Shown here: positions 1 through 9,221 of the stretch, in pieces | Layout: each line of letters starts with the position of its first letter | How positions within the stretch are numbered: position 1 is the stretch's first letter | From: Thermoanaerobaculia bacterium | GTDB taxonomy: Bacteria > Acidobacteriota > Thermoanaerobaculia > UBA5066 | Assembly: GCA_963816185.1 (NCBI GenBank) | Contig: CAWFJJ010000029.1 | Location: 32,001 to 96,000 of the forward strand | Direction of reading: 5' to 3' | DNA: 64,000 nucleotides | The notes under the pieces: model-generated | Told to the model about the DNA's origin: nothing | The model's database searches: none | What the model saw: only the letters and a program-made list of their open reading frames with translations | Program-made: the position numbers and the translations under genes

Positions 1-185
1 TCGGGGACGTCTACGACCTCGATGCCGTAGTCCCCGAACCGGATGTAGATCTCATCCAGCTCGTCCGGGGCGTTCGCAAGCTCCTCGGGCAGGGCCTGAT
101 AGATCTCGTCGTAGAGCAGGTAGCCCCGCTCCTTGCCGAGGTTGATCAGCGTTCTGACTTCGGGATGTTTCTCTTCTACCGTCAC
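1..185 (-). CDS. rpoD: RNA polymerase primary sigma factor RpoD, N-terminal region 1.1 (runs off the window edge)
   Basis: Manual translation from GTG at 185 gives MTVEEKHPEVRTLINLGKERGYLLYDEIYQALPEE..., which resembles sigma70 region 1.1. It lies directly downstream of dnaG. Confidence 0.88.
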   Translation of the reverse strand, partial: MTVEEKHPEVRTLINLGKERGYLLYDEIYQALPEELANAPDELDEIYIRFGDYGIEVVDVP

Positions 186-226
186 CGAATTCTCACTTCC
201 ATGCGCCCCGGGATGGCCGGCGCGCC

Positions 227-2047
227 TCAAGTCCGACTCGCGTTTTCCGCCTTAAGTTCCGCCTTCAGGCGCCGGATATCCTCGACGAGGGCCTGCTTGC
301 GGCGATAAGCCGCCTCGCGCCCCTCGACGTTTCCGGACGCCGCGGCGTTCTGGATCTCCGGCTGGAGGCCTTTCGCCGACTCCTCCAGGAAACGTATCTT
401 CAATTGGAGCAATGGGATATGAATACTACTGAGCCCGCTTTTGTCCCCACTCTCGCCCGGGTTTTTCACCCTCGAATTGCCCGACTGGAGCAGCAACTCT
501 GCGGCGAGGGGACCCGCATCTGCCCCAAGATGTGACGTAAATTCAGAAAAATCAAGGGTTACGGGCTCGCCTCCGATCGCCTTGAGGGCTATAAGTATCT
601 CTTTTGCAATAGGATGCGAGAAAATCTCGGGTGGGAGCCTGCCGGTCAGGGCTGCGCTCTCGGGCCATTCCGTGAGAAGTGCCGAGAGCACACGCGCCTC
701 CCCCTCCGAAAGGTCCAAGGAAGCCCGGCTTCCCGAGGCCCCCGGAGTGGACTTAACCGCCGCGGGGGCGGTTTTCTTCCCGAGGAGCTGGAGAACCTCC
801 GCCCTACTCAGACTGAGACTCGTGGCGATCTCCGTCTCGTATTGGATCCGCATCCCAGGGTCCGAACAACGGTAGACGATCTCAAGAACGCGCTTGGCTC
901 TCTCATTCCGCTCGAGACGCGTGGCATCTCCGAGTTTTCCCAGAAGGTCGGAGATCAGGCTCGTCTTCTCGGAAATCTTCGTGCGAAGCGCGTCGGGACC
1001 GTATTTTCTGAGAAACGAGTCGGGATCTTCGCCCGCGGGAAAAGCGACGAGCTGGATGTCCAGGCCGTGTTCGAGAAGCATGGGAATGACCTTGAGGGCA
1101 GCCGCTCCACCTGGCGCATCGCCGTCATAGGCAACGAGCACCTTCCGCGCATGTCGCCCGAGCAGCTCCGCCTGCGCGGGCGTGAGCGCCGTCCCCATCG
1201 AGGCGACCGCGTTCGGGGCGCCCGCGCGCTCACATGCAATGCGGTCGAAATACCCCTCGACGAGGAGTACGGCGTCCTCCCTGCGGATCGCCTCTTTCGC
1301 GCGGTCGAGGCCGTAGAGGAGCTTGCCCTTCGAGAAGCGCGCCGTCTCCGGCGAGTTGAGGTACTTCGGTTGATCGTCTCCGAAGGCACGCGCACCGAAG
1401 CCCAGGATCTCGCCGCGCCCGTCTCGGATCTCAATCGTGAGGCGGTTGCGGAAGCGGTCGTACACGCGGCCGGTCTCGGGGTTCTTCTGAAGGAGGCCGG
1501 CGTCCAAGGCGGCGTCTTCGTGCACACGCGGGGCAAGCGACGTCTTCAGCGCGTCCCAGGCGTCGAGGGCGGCGCCGAGGCCGTACGTGCGCGCGTCGTC
1601 GAGCGAGAGGCCGCGTCCTTCGAGAAGCGCCCGGGCGGCCTCGTGCCGATCGAGGTTCGCGCGGAAGAAAGCAGCCGCCAAAGAGAGCGCCTCGGCAACC
1701 CGCGTCTCCTTCCCGCGGTCCACGCGCGAGCCGCTCCGGCGCATCGGGAGCGTGATCCCGGCGAGGCGCGCGAGGTAGGCGACGGCCTCGGGAAACTCGA
1801 GGCGCTCGGTCTCTCTCACGAACGTGATCGCGTCGCCTTTGGCGCCGCAGCCGAAGCAGTAATAGAAGCCCTTGTCGGGATGCACGTGAAAGGAGGGAGT
1901 CTTCTCGCCGTGGAACGGGCACAGGCCCTTCCACGAGCGGCCGGTCTTCTTGAGCGACGTCGCGGCGCCGACGAGCTGGACGAGGTCCGTCGCCGCGAGG
2001 ACGTCCCGCTTGACGTCGTCCGAAATGTCGTAAACGGGCTCAGACAT
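227..2047 (-). CDS. dnaG: DNA primase
   Basis: CHC2 zinc finger (CPFHGEKTPSF...CFGC), KYLNSPET and Toprim motifs (VEGYFD, YDGD). Start trimmed to ATG at 2047, which overlaps the mutS2 stop. Confidence 0.97.
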   Translation of the reverse strand: MSEPVYDISDDVKRDVLAATDLVQLVGAATSLKKTGRSWKGLCPFHGEKTPSFHVHPDKGFYYCFGCGAKGDAITFVRETERLEFPEAVAYLARLAGITLPMRRSGSRVDRGKETRVAEALSLAAAFFRANLDRHEAARALLEGRGLSLDDARTYGLGAALDAWDALKTSLAPRVHEDAALDAGLLQKNPETGRVYDRFRNRLTIEIRDGRGEILGFGARAFGDDQPKYLNSPETARFSKGKLLYGLDRAKEAIRREDAVLLVEGYFDRIACERAGAPNAVASMGTALTPAQAELLGRHARKVLVAYDGDAPGGAAALKVIPMLLEHGLDIQLVAFPAGEDPDSFLRKYGPDALRTKISEKTSLISDLLGKLGDATRLERNERAKRVLEIVYRCSDPGMRIQYETEIATSLSLSRAEVLQLLGKKTAPAAVKSTPGASGSRASLDLSEGEARVLSALLTEWPESAALTGRLPPEIFSHPIAKEILIALKAIGGEPVTLDFSEFTSHLGADAGPLAAELLLQSGNSRVKNPGESGDKSGLSSIHIPLLQLKIRFLEESAKGLQPEIQNAAASGNVEGREAAYRRKQALVEDIRRLKAELKAENASRT

Positions 2048-4445
2048 CCAGCCTCGCGATCGTGACGGCCTGGCCGCCTTCCTGCGCGTCTCCCCAGCGA
2101 TACGACGCGACGCCGGGATGGGTTTGGAGGAAGTCGCGCACGGCCGCGGCGAGGCGCCCCGTGCCGTGACCGTGAACGAGCCGAAGCGCCCCCTTGCCCG
2201 AGAGAAGAGCGTCGTTGATCGCCTTCTCGACGACGGGCAGGGCTTCGTCGACGCGCTGTCCGACGAGGACGACCTCGGCCGTGGCGACGACTCCCGAGGG
2301 CGACGACGGGGGAGTCGCCGCCCGGCTCGAGGCCACGAGCGTGGACCGGACCGGAACCGCACGGCCCGTCGGGGCCGGGGTCAGGGCGGCGGCCGCCACC
2401 TTCAGGCGCTTGCCCTTCACCTCGACTTCGGCCTCGCCCCGGCCCGCGTCGAGCGCGAGGAGCCGGCCGGAGGTGCCGAGGCTCGCGACGCGGACCTCCA
2501 TGCCGACGGCCACGGGCCCGGCGACGAGGGCAGGCTCCGCGTCAGTGCCGAAGAGAGAGAGCGCGGCCTCACGCGCCGACTGCGTGACGGTCATGAGCGC
2601 GCCCCTCGAGATCGAGCGGCCTGCCTTCAGGTCTCCGCGCATGCGCTCGAGCTCCTGTCGTGTCTTCTCACGCAGCATCGCGAGCGCCCGGTCGATCTGC
2701 TCCTTCGCTTTTTCTTTGACGCGCGCCCGTTCGGCCGCGAGCTGGGTGCGCTCCTTCTCTAGGTCCGAGAGCCGCGCGTCCGCCTCGCGGGCCGTCCGCT
2801 TCGCCTTGTCCGCCTCTTCGCGGGCGTGCCGCGTCTCGGCCTCGAGGCGCGCGAGAGCCGCGTCGGCCGCCTCCCATTTCGCGCCGAGGCGTTTTCTTGC
2901 AGCCGAAAGGACGCGCGCCGGCAGGCCCGCCTTCTCGGCCACCGTGAGCGCGCGCGAGCGCCCGCTCGCGCCCGGGCGCACCCGGAACGTGGGCCGGCCG
3001 GCCTTCTCGTCGAACTCCATCGCCGCCGAGAGAACCCCGGGGCGGTCCTGCGCCCACTCCTTCACGACGGAAAGGTGAGTCGTCGCCACCGTCAGGCCCC
3101 CTCGTCGGAGGTCCTCCTCGAGCACGGCGATCGCGAGGGCCGCGCCTTCGTCGGGGTCCGTGCCGCTGCCGAGCTCGTCGACGAGGACGAGGCTTCTCGG
3201 GGTCGCCTCGGCGAGGACGCGTGCCGTGCGCGTCATCGCCGCCGCGAACGACGAAAGGTCGCCGAGGAGATCCTGCGCGTCGCCCGCGACGACGAGCACC
3301 TTGTCGAAGACGGGGAGCGAGGAGCCCGCTGCGGCCGGAATCGCGAAGCCCGACTGCGCGAGGAGGGCGAAAAGGCCGACGGTCTTCATCGCGACGGTCT
3401 TGCCGCCGGCGTTCGGTCCGGACAGGAGGAGGAGGCGCGACCCTTCGGGCAGCTCGAGGTCCAGCGGCACCGCGTCCGCGCGGCGTTCCTCGAGCTCTCC
3501 GAAAACGTCCGCGCGAAGGTCCGCGAGGCGGCGGTCGAGCAGGGGATGGCGCGCCCCCCGGAGGACCAGCCGGTCCGAAAAGTCGGGGAAAACGCCGGCG
3601 ACGCGCGACGAGAACTCCGCCCGCGCCTGATACGCGTCCAGCTCGATGAGCACCTCGACGGCCGCCACGAGATCCTCGCGCCGCGAAGAGAACCGCGCCG
3701 TGAGCGCAACCAGGATGCGGTGCACCTCTTCGCGCTCCTCCTCGACGGCCTCCGCGAGGGCGTTGTTGTCCTCGACGACGGCCAGCGGCTCGATGAAGAT
3801 CGTCTGGCCCGAGCCCGACCGCTCATGCAGGAGGCCTCCCACCAGCTCGCGGCGGTCCGTGCGCACGGGCAGGCAGTAGCGACCGCCCTTCTCGGTGACG
3901 TAGCCGCCCGTGAGCGCGTCCGGATGCGAGCGGGCGACCTCCTCGAGCTTCCGGACGACTTCCTTGCGCAGGCGCTGGATCGACGAGCGGATCGCGTAGA
4001 GGCGCGCAGACGCCGTGTCCTTGACGCGCCCGTCGGGCTCGAACGTGGGCTCTCTCTCGGCGAGGAGGTCCTCGAAGGACGCGAGGGGAAAAAGGAGATC
4101 GGCGAGGTGGGGGAGCTCGAGATCGGGCAGACCAACGGCGGCCCGCGCCCCCTCCGCGCGCTCGACGAGAAGGAATAGGTCGAGGAGGTCCTCCGGCGCA
4201 AGCGCGCGGCCCTGCGGGCCCAGCCGCGAGACGAGGGGCGCGCCTTCGTCGAGACCGCCGAGCGGCACCGGAGGCCTTTGCGCACGCCGGCTCACGAGGT
4301 CCCGCGTCACTCCGAGCCGGCGCACGACCTCGAACGCATCCGGGGACGGCGCCGCGGCCTGGAGCCGGTCGCGTCCGCGCTCCGTGGCACAAAAACGCCC
4401 GGCGAGCCTAAGCGCGCCGGGCCAGTCGAGCTCGGAATGACTCAC
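2040..4445 (-). CDS. mutS2: MutS2 family ATPase with C-terminal Smr domain
   Basis: Walker A SGPNAGGKT, DELGSGTDP and ATTH motifs, a coiled coil, and an Smr HGHGTGRL motif. Confidence 0.95.
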   Translation of the reverse strand: MSHSELDWPGALRLAGRFCATERGRDRLQAAAPSPDAFEVVRRLGVTRDLVSRRAQRPPVPLGGLDEGAPLVSRLGPQGRALAPEDLLDLFLLVERAEGARAAVGLPDLELPHLADLLFPLASFEDLLAEREPTFEPDGRVKDTASARLYAIRSSIQRLRKEVVRKLEEVARSHPDALTGGYVTEKGGRYCLPVRTDRRELVGGLLHERSGSGQTIFIEPLAVVEDNNALAEAVEEEREEVHRILVALTARFSSRREDLVAAVEVLIELDAYQARAEFSSRVAGVFPDFSDRLVLRGARHPLLDRRLADLRADVFGELEERRADAVPLDLELPEGSRLLLLSGPNAGGKTVAMKTVGLFALLAQSGFAIPAAAGSSLPVFDKVLVVAGDAQDLLGDLSSFAAAMTRTARVLAEATPRSLVLVDELGSGTDPDEGAALAIAVLEEDLRRGGLTVATTHLSVVKEWAQDRPGVLSAAMEFDEKAGRPTFRVRPGASGRSRALTVAEKAGLPARVLSAARKRLGAKWEAADAALARLEAETRHAREEADKAKRTAREADARLSDLEKERTQLAAERARVKEKAKEQIDRALAMLREKTRQELERMRGDLKAGRSISRGALMTVTQSAREAALSLFGTDAEPALVAGPVAVGMEVRVASLGTSGRLLALDAGRGEAEVEVKGKRLKVAAAALTPAPTGRAVPVRSTLVASSRAATPPSSPSGVVATAEVVLVGQRVDEALPVVEKAINDALLSGKGALRLVHGHGTGRLAAAVRDFLQTHPGVASYRWGDAQEGGQAVTIARLDV

Positions 4446-4456
4446 GGAACGGGAAT

Positions 4457-4663
4457 CTACATCCCCGTGCGTCGCTCTTCAGCCAGCTTGCGGAGCATCT
4501 TCTTTCGGGCGGCGATGGCCTTGCGCTTGCGCTTGGCCGAGGGTTTCTCATAGTGCTGACGCTTCTTGAGCTCGGAGAGGATTCCGGATTTCTCGCACTT
4601 GCGCTTGAACCTTCGCAGGGCGTTTTCGAACGACTCGTCTTCCTTGACGTGGATCAGCGGCAC
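4457..4663 (-). CDS. rpsU: 30S ribosomal protein S21
   Basis: [33 protein letters not shown]; GAGGAGG RBS upstream of the GTG. Confidence 0.97.
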   Translation of the reverse strand: MPLIHVKEDESFENALRRFKRKCEKSGILSELKKRQHYEKPSAKRKRKAIAARKKMLRKLAEERRTGM

Positions 4664-4736
4664 TTTGGATCTCCCTCCTCTCCGGCCCCGAATGCCCGCG
4701 GAACCCTAAGGTCCCGAGGGCGTGGGCAAACCCCAC

Positions 4737-4765
4737 ATGCTAGAGGCGCCGGCGCCAGAGGTCAA
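4737..4765 (-). promoter_or_regulatory. sigma70-type promoter of the rpsU operon
   Basis: Minus strand TTGACC-N17-TAGCAT upstream of rpsU. Confidence 0.65.
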
Positions 4766-4860
4766 CGTGCCTCTTCGGGGCCCCGTTCCACGGCGCTGTC
4801 CGAATATAATGCCGCGAACACGACGCCGAAGGCCCTCGTGATGGCGCCGTCAGGAGACGT

Positions 4861-6492
4861 ATGCCGGTCGACCCCGCCGCGACACGCCGCTTGATCGAAT
4901 CGCTCTCCACGCATCTCGAGGATCACCTCGCGGCGTGGAAGTCGTCGCTCGTGGACGCGCGGCGAGACATCGAGGCGCTCCTCTCCACCCTCTCGGACAA
5001 GATCCCGGCGCACGCCAAGCCTCTTCTTCCCGAGGACATCGTGTCTCTGATGCTCGAGGACGTGGTCCCTCCGGCGTCCCCGCCCGCGCCTGCGGTCGCT
5101 CCGGGCGCGCCGCAGGCCGACTGGACCGTCGTGCGCGGGTCGCTCGCCGCGATCGAGTCGGCCCGCTCGCAAGTCGACGTCCTCTCGCGCTTTCTCACGC
5201 GCGTGAACGCGCACGCCTCACGCGTGGCGCTTCTCGTCCTGCGCAACGACCGGCTCACCGGATGGAAGTCCGTCGGCTTCGACGCGTCCGGCGGACGCGA
5301 CGAGGCCGTGCGCGCGCTCGACCTCGGCAGCGATGACGACCCGTTCGTCGCGGCGCTGCTCAAGTCGCAGCGCTCCATGCTCGCCGAGCCGCCCGACGAA
5401 TCCGCCCCGCTCCGCCGCGCCCTTTCCGGACAGGCGCCTGCGCGCACGCTTCTCGTTCCCATGGTGATCCGGGACCGGCTCGCGGGCATCGTCTGCGCCG
5501 ACGAGCTGCCGGGCGAGGAGGGCCGCCTGAACGAGGCTGCCGTCGAAGTCCTCACGTTCGTGACCGGACTCGCCGTGGATCTCCTGGCCGCACGCAAGAA
5601 GATCCCGTCTCCTTCCCTCACACCGACCGGCGAGGCGATCCCGCGCTTCGAGTCCCCCGGCGTGACGATGCGCGCGCCGGTCGCCGACTTCGAGATCGCG
5701 ACCCCCTTACCCGCTCCTCCCGCACCGGCACCGGCCCATCCGCCGGCCGCGGCGCCGACGCCGCGCTCGAGGTCGACCGACGCCGGCGAGGCCCTGCGCG
5801 CAATCGAGGAGGCGGCCAAGACACGAATGCCTCAGGGCGTCCGCTCCTTCTCGTCCGACCCCGGGCTGACGAGCGCGATTCCCACGATCACGGCGGCCCC
5901 CGCTCTCCCGCCGCCCTCGTTCTCGTCGTTCTCTTCCGCTCCTGCCGTCTCTTCCACTCCCACCGTCGCGCCCGCGCCGCCGCCTCCCGTTTCGGCGTCC
6001 TTGCCCTCTCCGGCCTCTTCGCCGCTCGCGAATGCCTCGACAGGCGATTTCACCGGGGCGTTCGAGGCTCTGCGCGCGTCCGGACGCGTCCCGCTCCCCG
6101 GGGAGGGCGACGTGACGGCGCAGAAGCCGGTCCGCCCCACGTCCGCCGTCATGCCGCCACGAGACCTGGCGAGCGTCCCCCGACCGATCTCGGGGTTCGT
6201 GCCTCGCGGCCGCGCCACGGCCGCCGACAGCCCGCAGCGCGCTCTCGACGACGCGCGCCGCCTGGCTCGTCTCCTCATCTCGGAGATCAAGCTCTACAAC
6301 GAAAAGAAGGTCGAGGACGGCCGCGCCGCCCAAGACCTCTACGAGCGCCTCAAGGACGACATCGAGAGAAGCCGACAGGTCTACGACGAGCGCACCCCCG
6401 CCAACATTCGACAGGACACGAACTTCTTCCACGACGAGCTCGTGCGCATCCTCGCCGACGGGCGGGCCGAAGCGCTCGGCTCGGTGAGCTGA
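4861..6492 (+). CDS. GAF-like domain protein with Pro/Ser-rich linker and helical C-terminal domain
   Basis: AGGAG RBS; GAF-like segment (LLVPMVIRDRLAGIVCAD); C-terminal ARRLARLLISEIKLYN...DDIERSRQVY block; TATAAT at 4805-4810. Confidence 0.75.
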   Translation: MPVDPAATRRLIESLSTHLEDHLAAWKSSLVDARRDIEALLSTLSDKIPAHAKPLLPEDIVSLMLEDVVPPASPPAPAVAPGAPQADWTVVRGSLAAIESARSQVDVLSRFLTRVNAHASRVALLVLRNDRLTGWKSVGFDASGGRDEAVRALDLGSDDDPFVAALLKSQRSMLAEPPDESAPLRRALSGQAPARTLLVPMVIRDRLAGIVCADELPGEEGRLNEAAVEVLTFVTGLAVDLLAARKKIPSPSLTPTGEAIPRFESPGVTMRAPVADFEIATPLPAPPAPAPAHPPAAAPTPRSRSTDAGEALRAIEEAAKTRMPQGVRSFSSDPGLTSAIPTITAAPALPPPSFSSFSSAPAVSSTPTVAPAPPPPVSASLPSPASSPLANASTGDFTGAFEALRASGRVPLPGEGDVTAQKPVRPTSAVMPPRDLASVPRPISGFVPRGRATAADSPQRALDDARRLARLLISEIKLYNEKKVEDGRAAQDLYERLKDDIERSRQVYDERTPANIRQDTNFFHDELVRILADGRAEALGSVS

Positions 6493-6496
6493 GCCG

Positions 6497-8641
6497 CTGA
6501 CTTTCCGGATTCTCCTCCTCGCGAACGCGCTCGCCCTGGGGAGCCCTGCGCGAGCGGCCTCACCCGAAATTCCGGAGGCCGCCCGGGCAGCGGAAGCCGT
6601 GCGCGAGCGCCTGCGCGCCGCGTCGGCCGCTCTCATGCGGGAAGACGGCTCCGCCGCAACCCTCGTCGCGGGCCTCGACGCGTCGTCTCTCGGGCTGTCC
6701 GGCCTGCCCCCGTGGATCGCCCTCGAGGCCGGGTTCGGCCCGAAGACGACGGGCGTCGACGAGCTCCTCGCGTTTGCGGCGAAAGAGCCCGCCGAGCCCT
6801 TCGCGCGGATCGCGCTCGGGGCGGCCGCGCGTCTCGCCGCGACCCCCGAAGAGCGTACCGCCGTGCGCGGCGCTCTTCTGGCTCGACCGGCGCCGCCGCC
6901 CTCTCATCCGCGAGCGTTCATTTCGCGAGCGCTGGCCGACGCGCACGTTTTCGAGGGCGAAGCCAGCCGCCAGCGCCTCGTCGGTCTCGCAGCCGTCTTT
7001 CCCGACGCACCTGCACGCGCCGCCGACCTCTTCGACGACGCCGACCGCAACGCATTCGACGCGGCTGTCAGCACGGCGCCCGCCGACGTTCGCGTGAAGA
7101 GGGCACGGGTGCTCGTCGCCCGCGATCCTCGGGCCGCGTCCATTCTTCTGCGCTCTATCGGCACCGATCTCCCCGCCTCTTTGATCCCCGCGGCGGCCGA
7201 TGCCTGGCTCGTCGCGGGAAGCCCGCGCGACGCCAAGCGCCTCCTCGCGCGCCTGCGAGACGCTCCGCTCGACGAGGCCGCGGCTCTCCATCTCTCTGCG
7301 CTCTCGTGGCTCGTCCAGACGAGCCTCCTTCACGCACCTGAACGCCCGCCCGCGCGCCGCGCACGCCGCAGGCGATCCGTCAGGTCCGCGAAGGCTCCCG
7401 CCCCGGTCTCCGAGAAGGAGAAGGCCGCCGCGTCAGAACGCCTCGCCCGTCTCGACGCGCTTCTCCTCCAGCCGCTCGGCGAGGACGACCGCCGGCGGCT
7501 TCTCGACAGGGGAATCCGTCTCGCCTTCAGAACCTCTCACGACGACGAGGCCCGGCGCCTCCTCACGCCCCTCGTGACCCTCGACCCCTCGACCGAAGCC
7601 GGCGCGTCGGAGTGGTTCGCGGAGGCCTGGGCGCATTACAGGGCCGGCGATTTCGCGGCCGCCGCTCGCCTCCTCGACGAGCAGATCACGGCTTACCGCA
7701 CGGTGTTCGTGAAGCGCCGGGCGACGTACTGGTCCGCCCGCTCCCACGAGCGAGGCGGGGACGTGAATACGGCGAAGGCGCTTTACGCGGGACTCATCTC
7801 GGGCACCGTTCCCGACCTTTACGCGCGGTGGGCGGCCGCCGCGCTCGGCGTCACGTTGCCGGCCACGCCGCCCGCCCTCGTCCCCACGGAGCCGGAGGGT
7901 GACGTCGGGGTGCCGGGCGCGCCCTCGCGAGAGCTCCTCCGGTGCGGATTCCCCGACCTGGCCGAGGACGCCGCCGAAAGCGAGGGATCGCTCGACTCGC
8001 TCTTCGCGGGCCGCACCGCCTCGGCCAGGGGCGATTACCGTCGCGCAGCCGCCATCCTGAAGAGGCGGTATCCGGAGCTGGGGACTCCGGAAGAGGGCGC
8101 CGTGCCTCCCGAAGCGCGGAGCGCGTTTTACCCGCTCGCGGACGCGGACCGAATCGCGGAGGCTGCGCGCGCGGTGGGAGTCCCCGCCTCGCTTCTCTTC
8201 GGCCTCATTCGGCAGGAAAGCGTTTTCACCGAGAACGCGAAGTCGCACTCGGGCGCCCTCGGTCTCATGCAGGTCATGCCATCGACCGGGCGGCTGCTCT
8301 ACCGAAAGGAGAACGGCAAGGGACGCCCGGACCTCAGCGACCCGAACGCGAACCTGCGCCTGGGCGCGCGCTACCTCAAGCAGCTCCTCGACACGTTCTC
8401 GGGCGACACCGCCGCGGCGCTTGCGGCATACAACGCGGGGCCGGGACGCGTCCGCGCCTGGAAGAAGACCTCGGGCCTCGCGCCGGAAGACGAGTTCCTC
8501 GAGTCGATCCCGTTCGGAGAGACACGCCTCTACGTCAAACGCGTTCTCTTCTACCAAGGCAGCTACGCCTCTCTCTACGGGCTCTCGCTCGAGGCCGTGC
8601 CGCCCGTCGCGTCGCTTCCTGCGGCCCAGCCGACACCTTGA
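6497..8641 (+). CDS. Soluble lytic murein transglycosylase (Slt70-like, TPR-like helices plus SLT domain)
   Basis: IRQES, GALGLMQVMP, AAYNAGPG and IPFGETRLYV motifs. Start placed at CTG 6497 to include a signal peptide; the first canonical start is GTG 6599. Confidence 0.88.
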   Translation: MTFRILLLANALALGSPARAASPEIPEAARAAEAVRERLRAASAALMREDGSAATLVAGLDASSLGLSGLPPWIALEAGFGPKTTGVDELLAFAAKEPAEPFARIALGAAARLAATPEERTAVRGALLARPAPPPSHPRAFISRALADAHVFEGEASRQRLVGLAAVFPDAPARAADLFDDADRNAFDAAVSTAPADVRVKRARVLVARDPRAASILLRSIGTDLPASLIPAAADAWLVAGSPRDAKRLLARLRDAPLDEAAALHLSALSWLVQTSLLHAPERPPARRARRRRSVRSAKAPAPVSEKEKAAASERLARLDALLLQPLGEDDRRRLLDRGIRLAFRTSHDDEARRLLTPLVTLDPSTEAGASEWFAEAWAHYRAGDFAAAARLLDEQITAYRTVFVKRRATYWSARSHERGGDVNTAKALYAGLISGTVPDLYARWAAAALGVTLPATPPALVPTEPEGDVGVPGAPSRELLRCGFPDLAEDAAESEGSLDSLFAGRTASARGDYRRAAAILKRRYPELGTPEEGAVPPEARSAFYPLADADRIAEAARAVGVPASLLFGLIRQESVFTENAKSHSGALGLMQVMPSTGRLLYRKENGKGRPDLSDPNANLRLGARYLKQLLDTFSGDTAAALAAYNAGPGRVRAWKKTSGLAPEDEFLESIPFGETRLYVKRVLFYQGSYASLYGLSLEAVPPVASLPAAQPTP

Positions 8642-8648
8642 TCGGCGC

Positions 8649-9125
8649 TCAGGCTGTGCCGGTAGCCCTCCCCGCGGGCTTGCTGGCGAGCTTGCGGCAG
8701 GCGGCGCAGAGGCCGCGAATCTGGTGGGAGTGCGACGTCGCGACGAAGTCGTGCTCCCGGCAGACGGCCTCCTGGCGTTTCTCGATGGCCGCGTCGATGA
8801 ATTCGATGACCTTGCCGCAGCTCGAGCACACGAGGTGGTCGTGGTGCTCGCCCTTTCGGAGCCGCTCGTAGCGATATTTCTCCTCGTTCAGCCGCACGCG
8901 CCCCACGAGCCCGCACCCGTGAAGAAGCTCGAGAGTGCGGTAGATCGTCGCGCGGCTGACCTTCGTTCCGCGGTCGCGCATGCGGATCACGAGATCCTCG
9001 GCGTCGAAATGCCGGTGGGCGGAGAAGATCTCGTCGAAGAGGGCGACCCTCTCGCGCGTGACCTTCAGACCCTTTTTCCTCAGGAAGTCATCGAAGACCC
9101 GGCGTTCGTCGGCGTATTGGTTCAC
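8649..9125 (-). CDS. fur: Fur family transcriptional regulator
   Basis: HFDAEDL, SRATIYRTL, HHDHLVCSSCG and a C-terminal CxxC. Confidence 0.9.
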   Translation of the reverse strand: MNQYADERRVFDDFLRKKGLKVTRERVALFDEIFSAHRHFDAEDLVIRMRDRGTKVSRATIYRTLELLHGCGLVGRVRLNEEKYRYERLRKGEHHDHLVCSSCGKVIEFIDAAIEKRQEAVCREHDFVATSHSHQIRGLCAACRKLASKPAGRATGTA

Positions 9126-9221
9126 CCTCTAAAGATATCAGTCCTTTCGCTGCACGGGAATCCCCCCGTCCCCGGTTTCCCCCCGACCCCCTTCCGGGTC
9201 GGCGCGTAAGATTCCAAAAAG

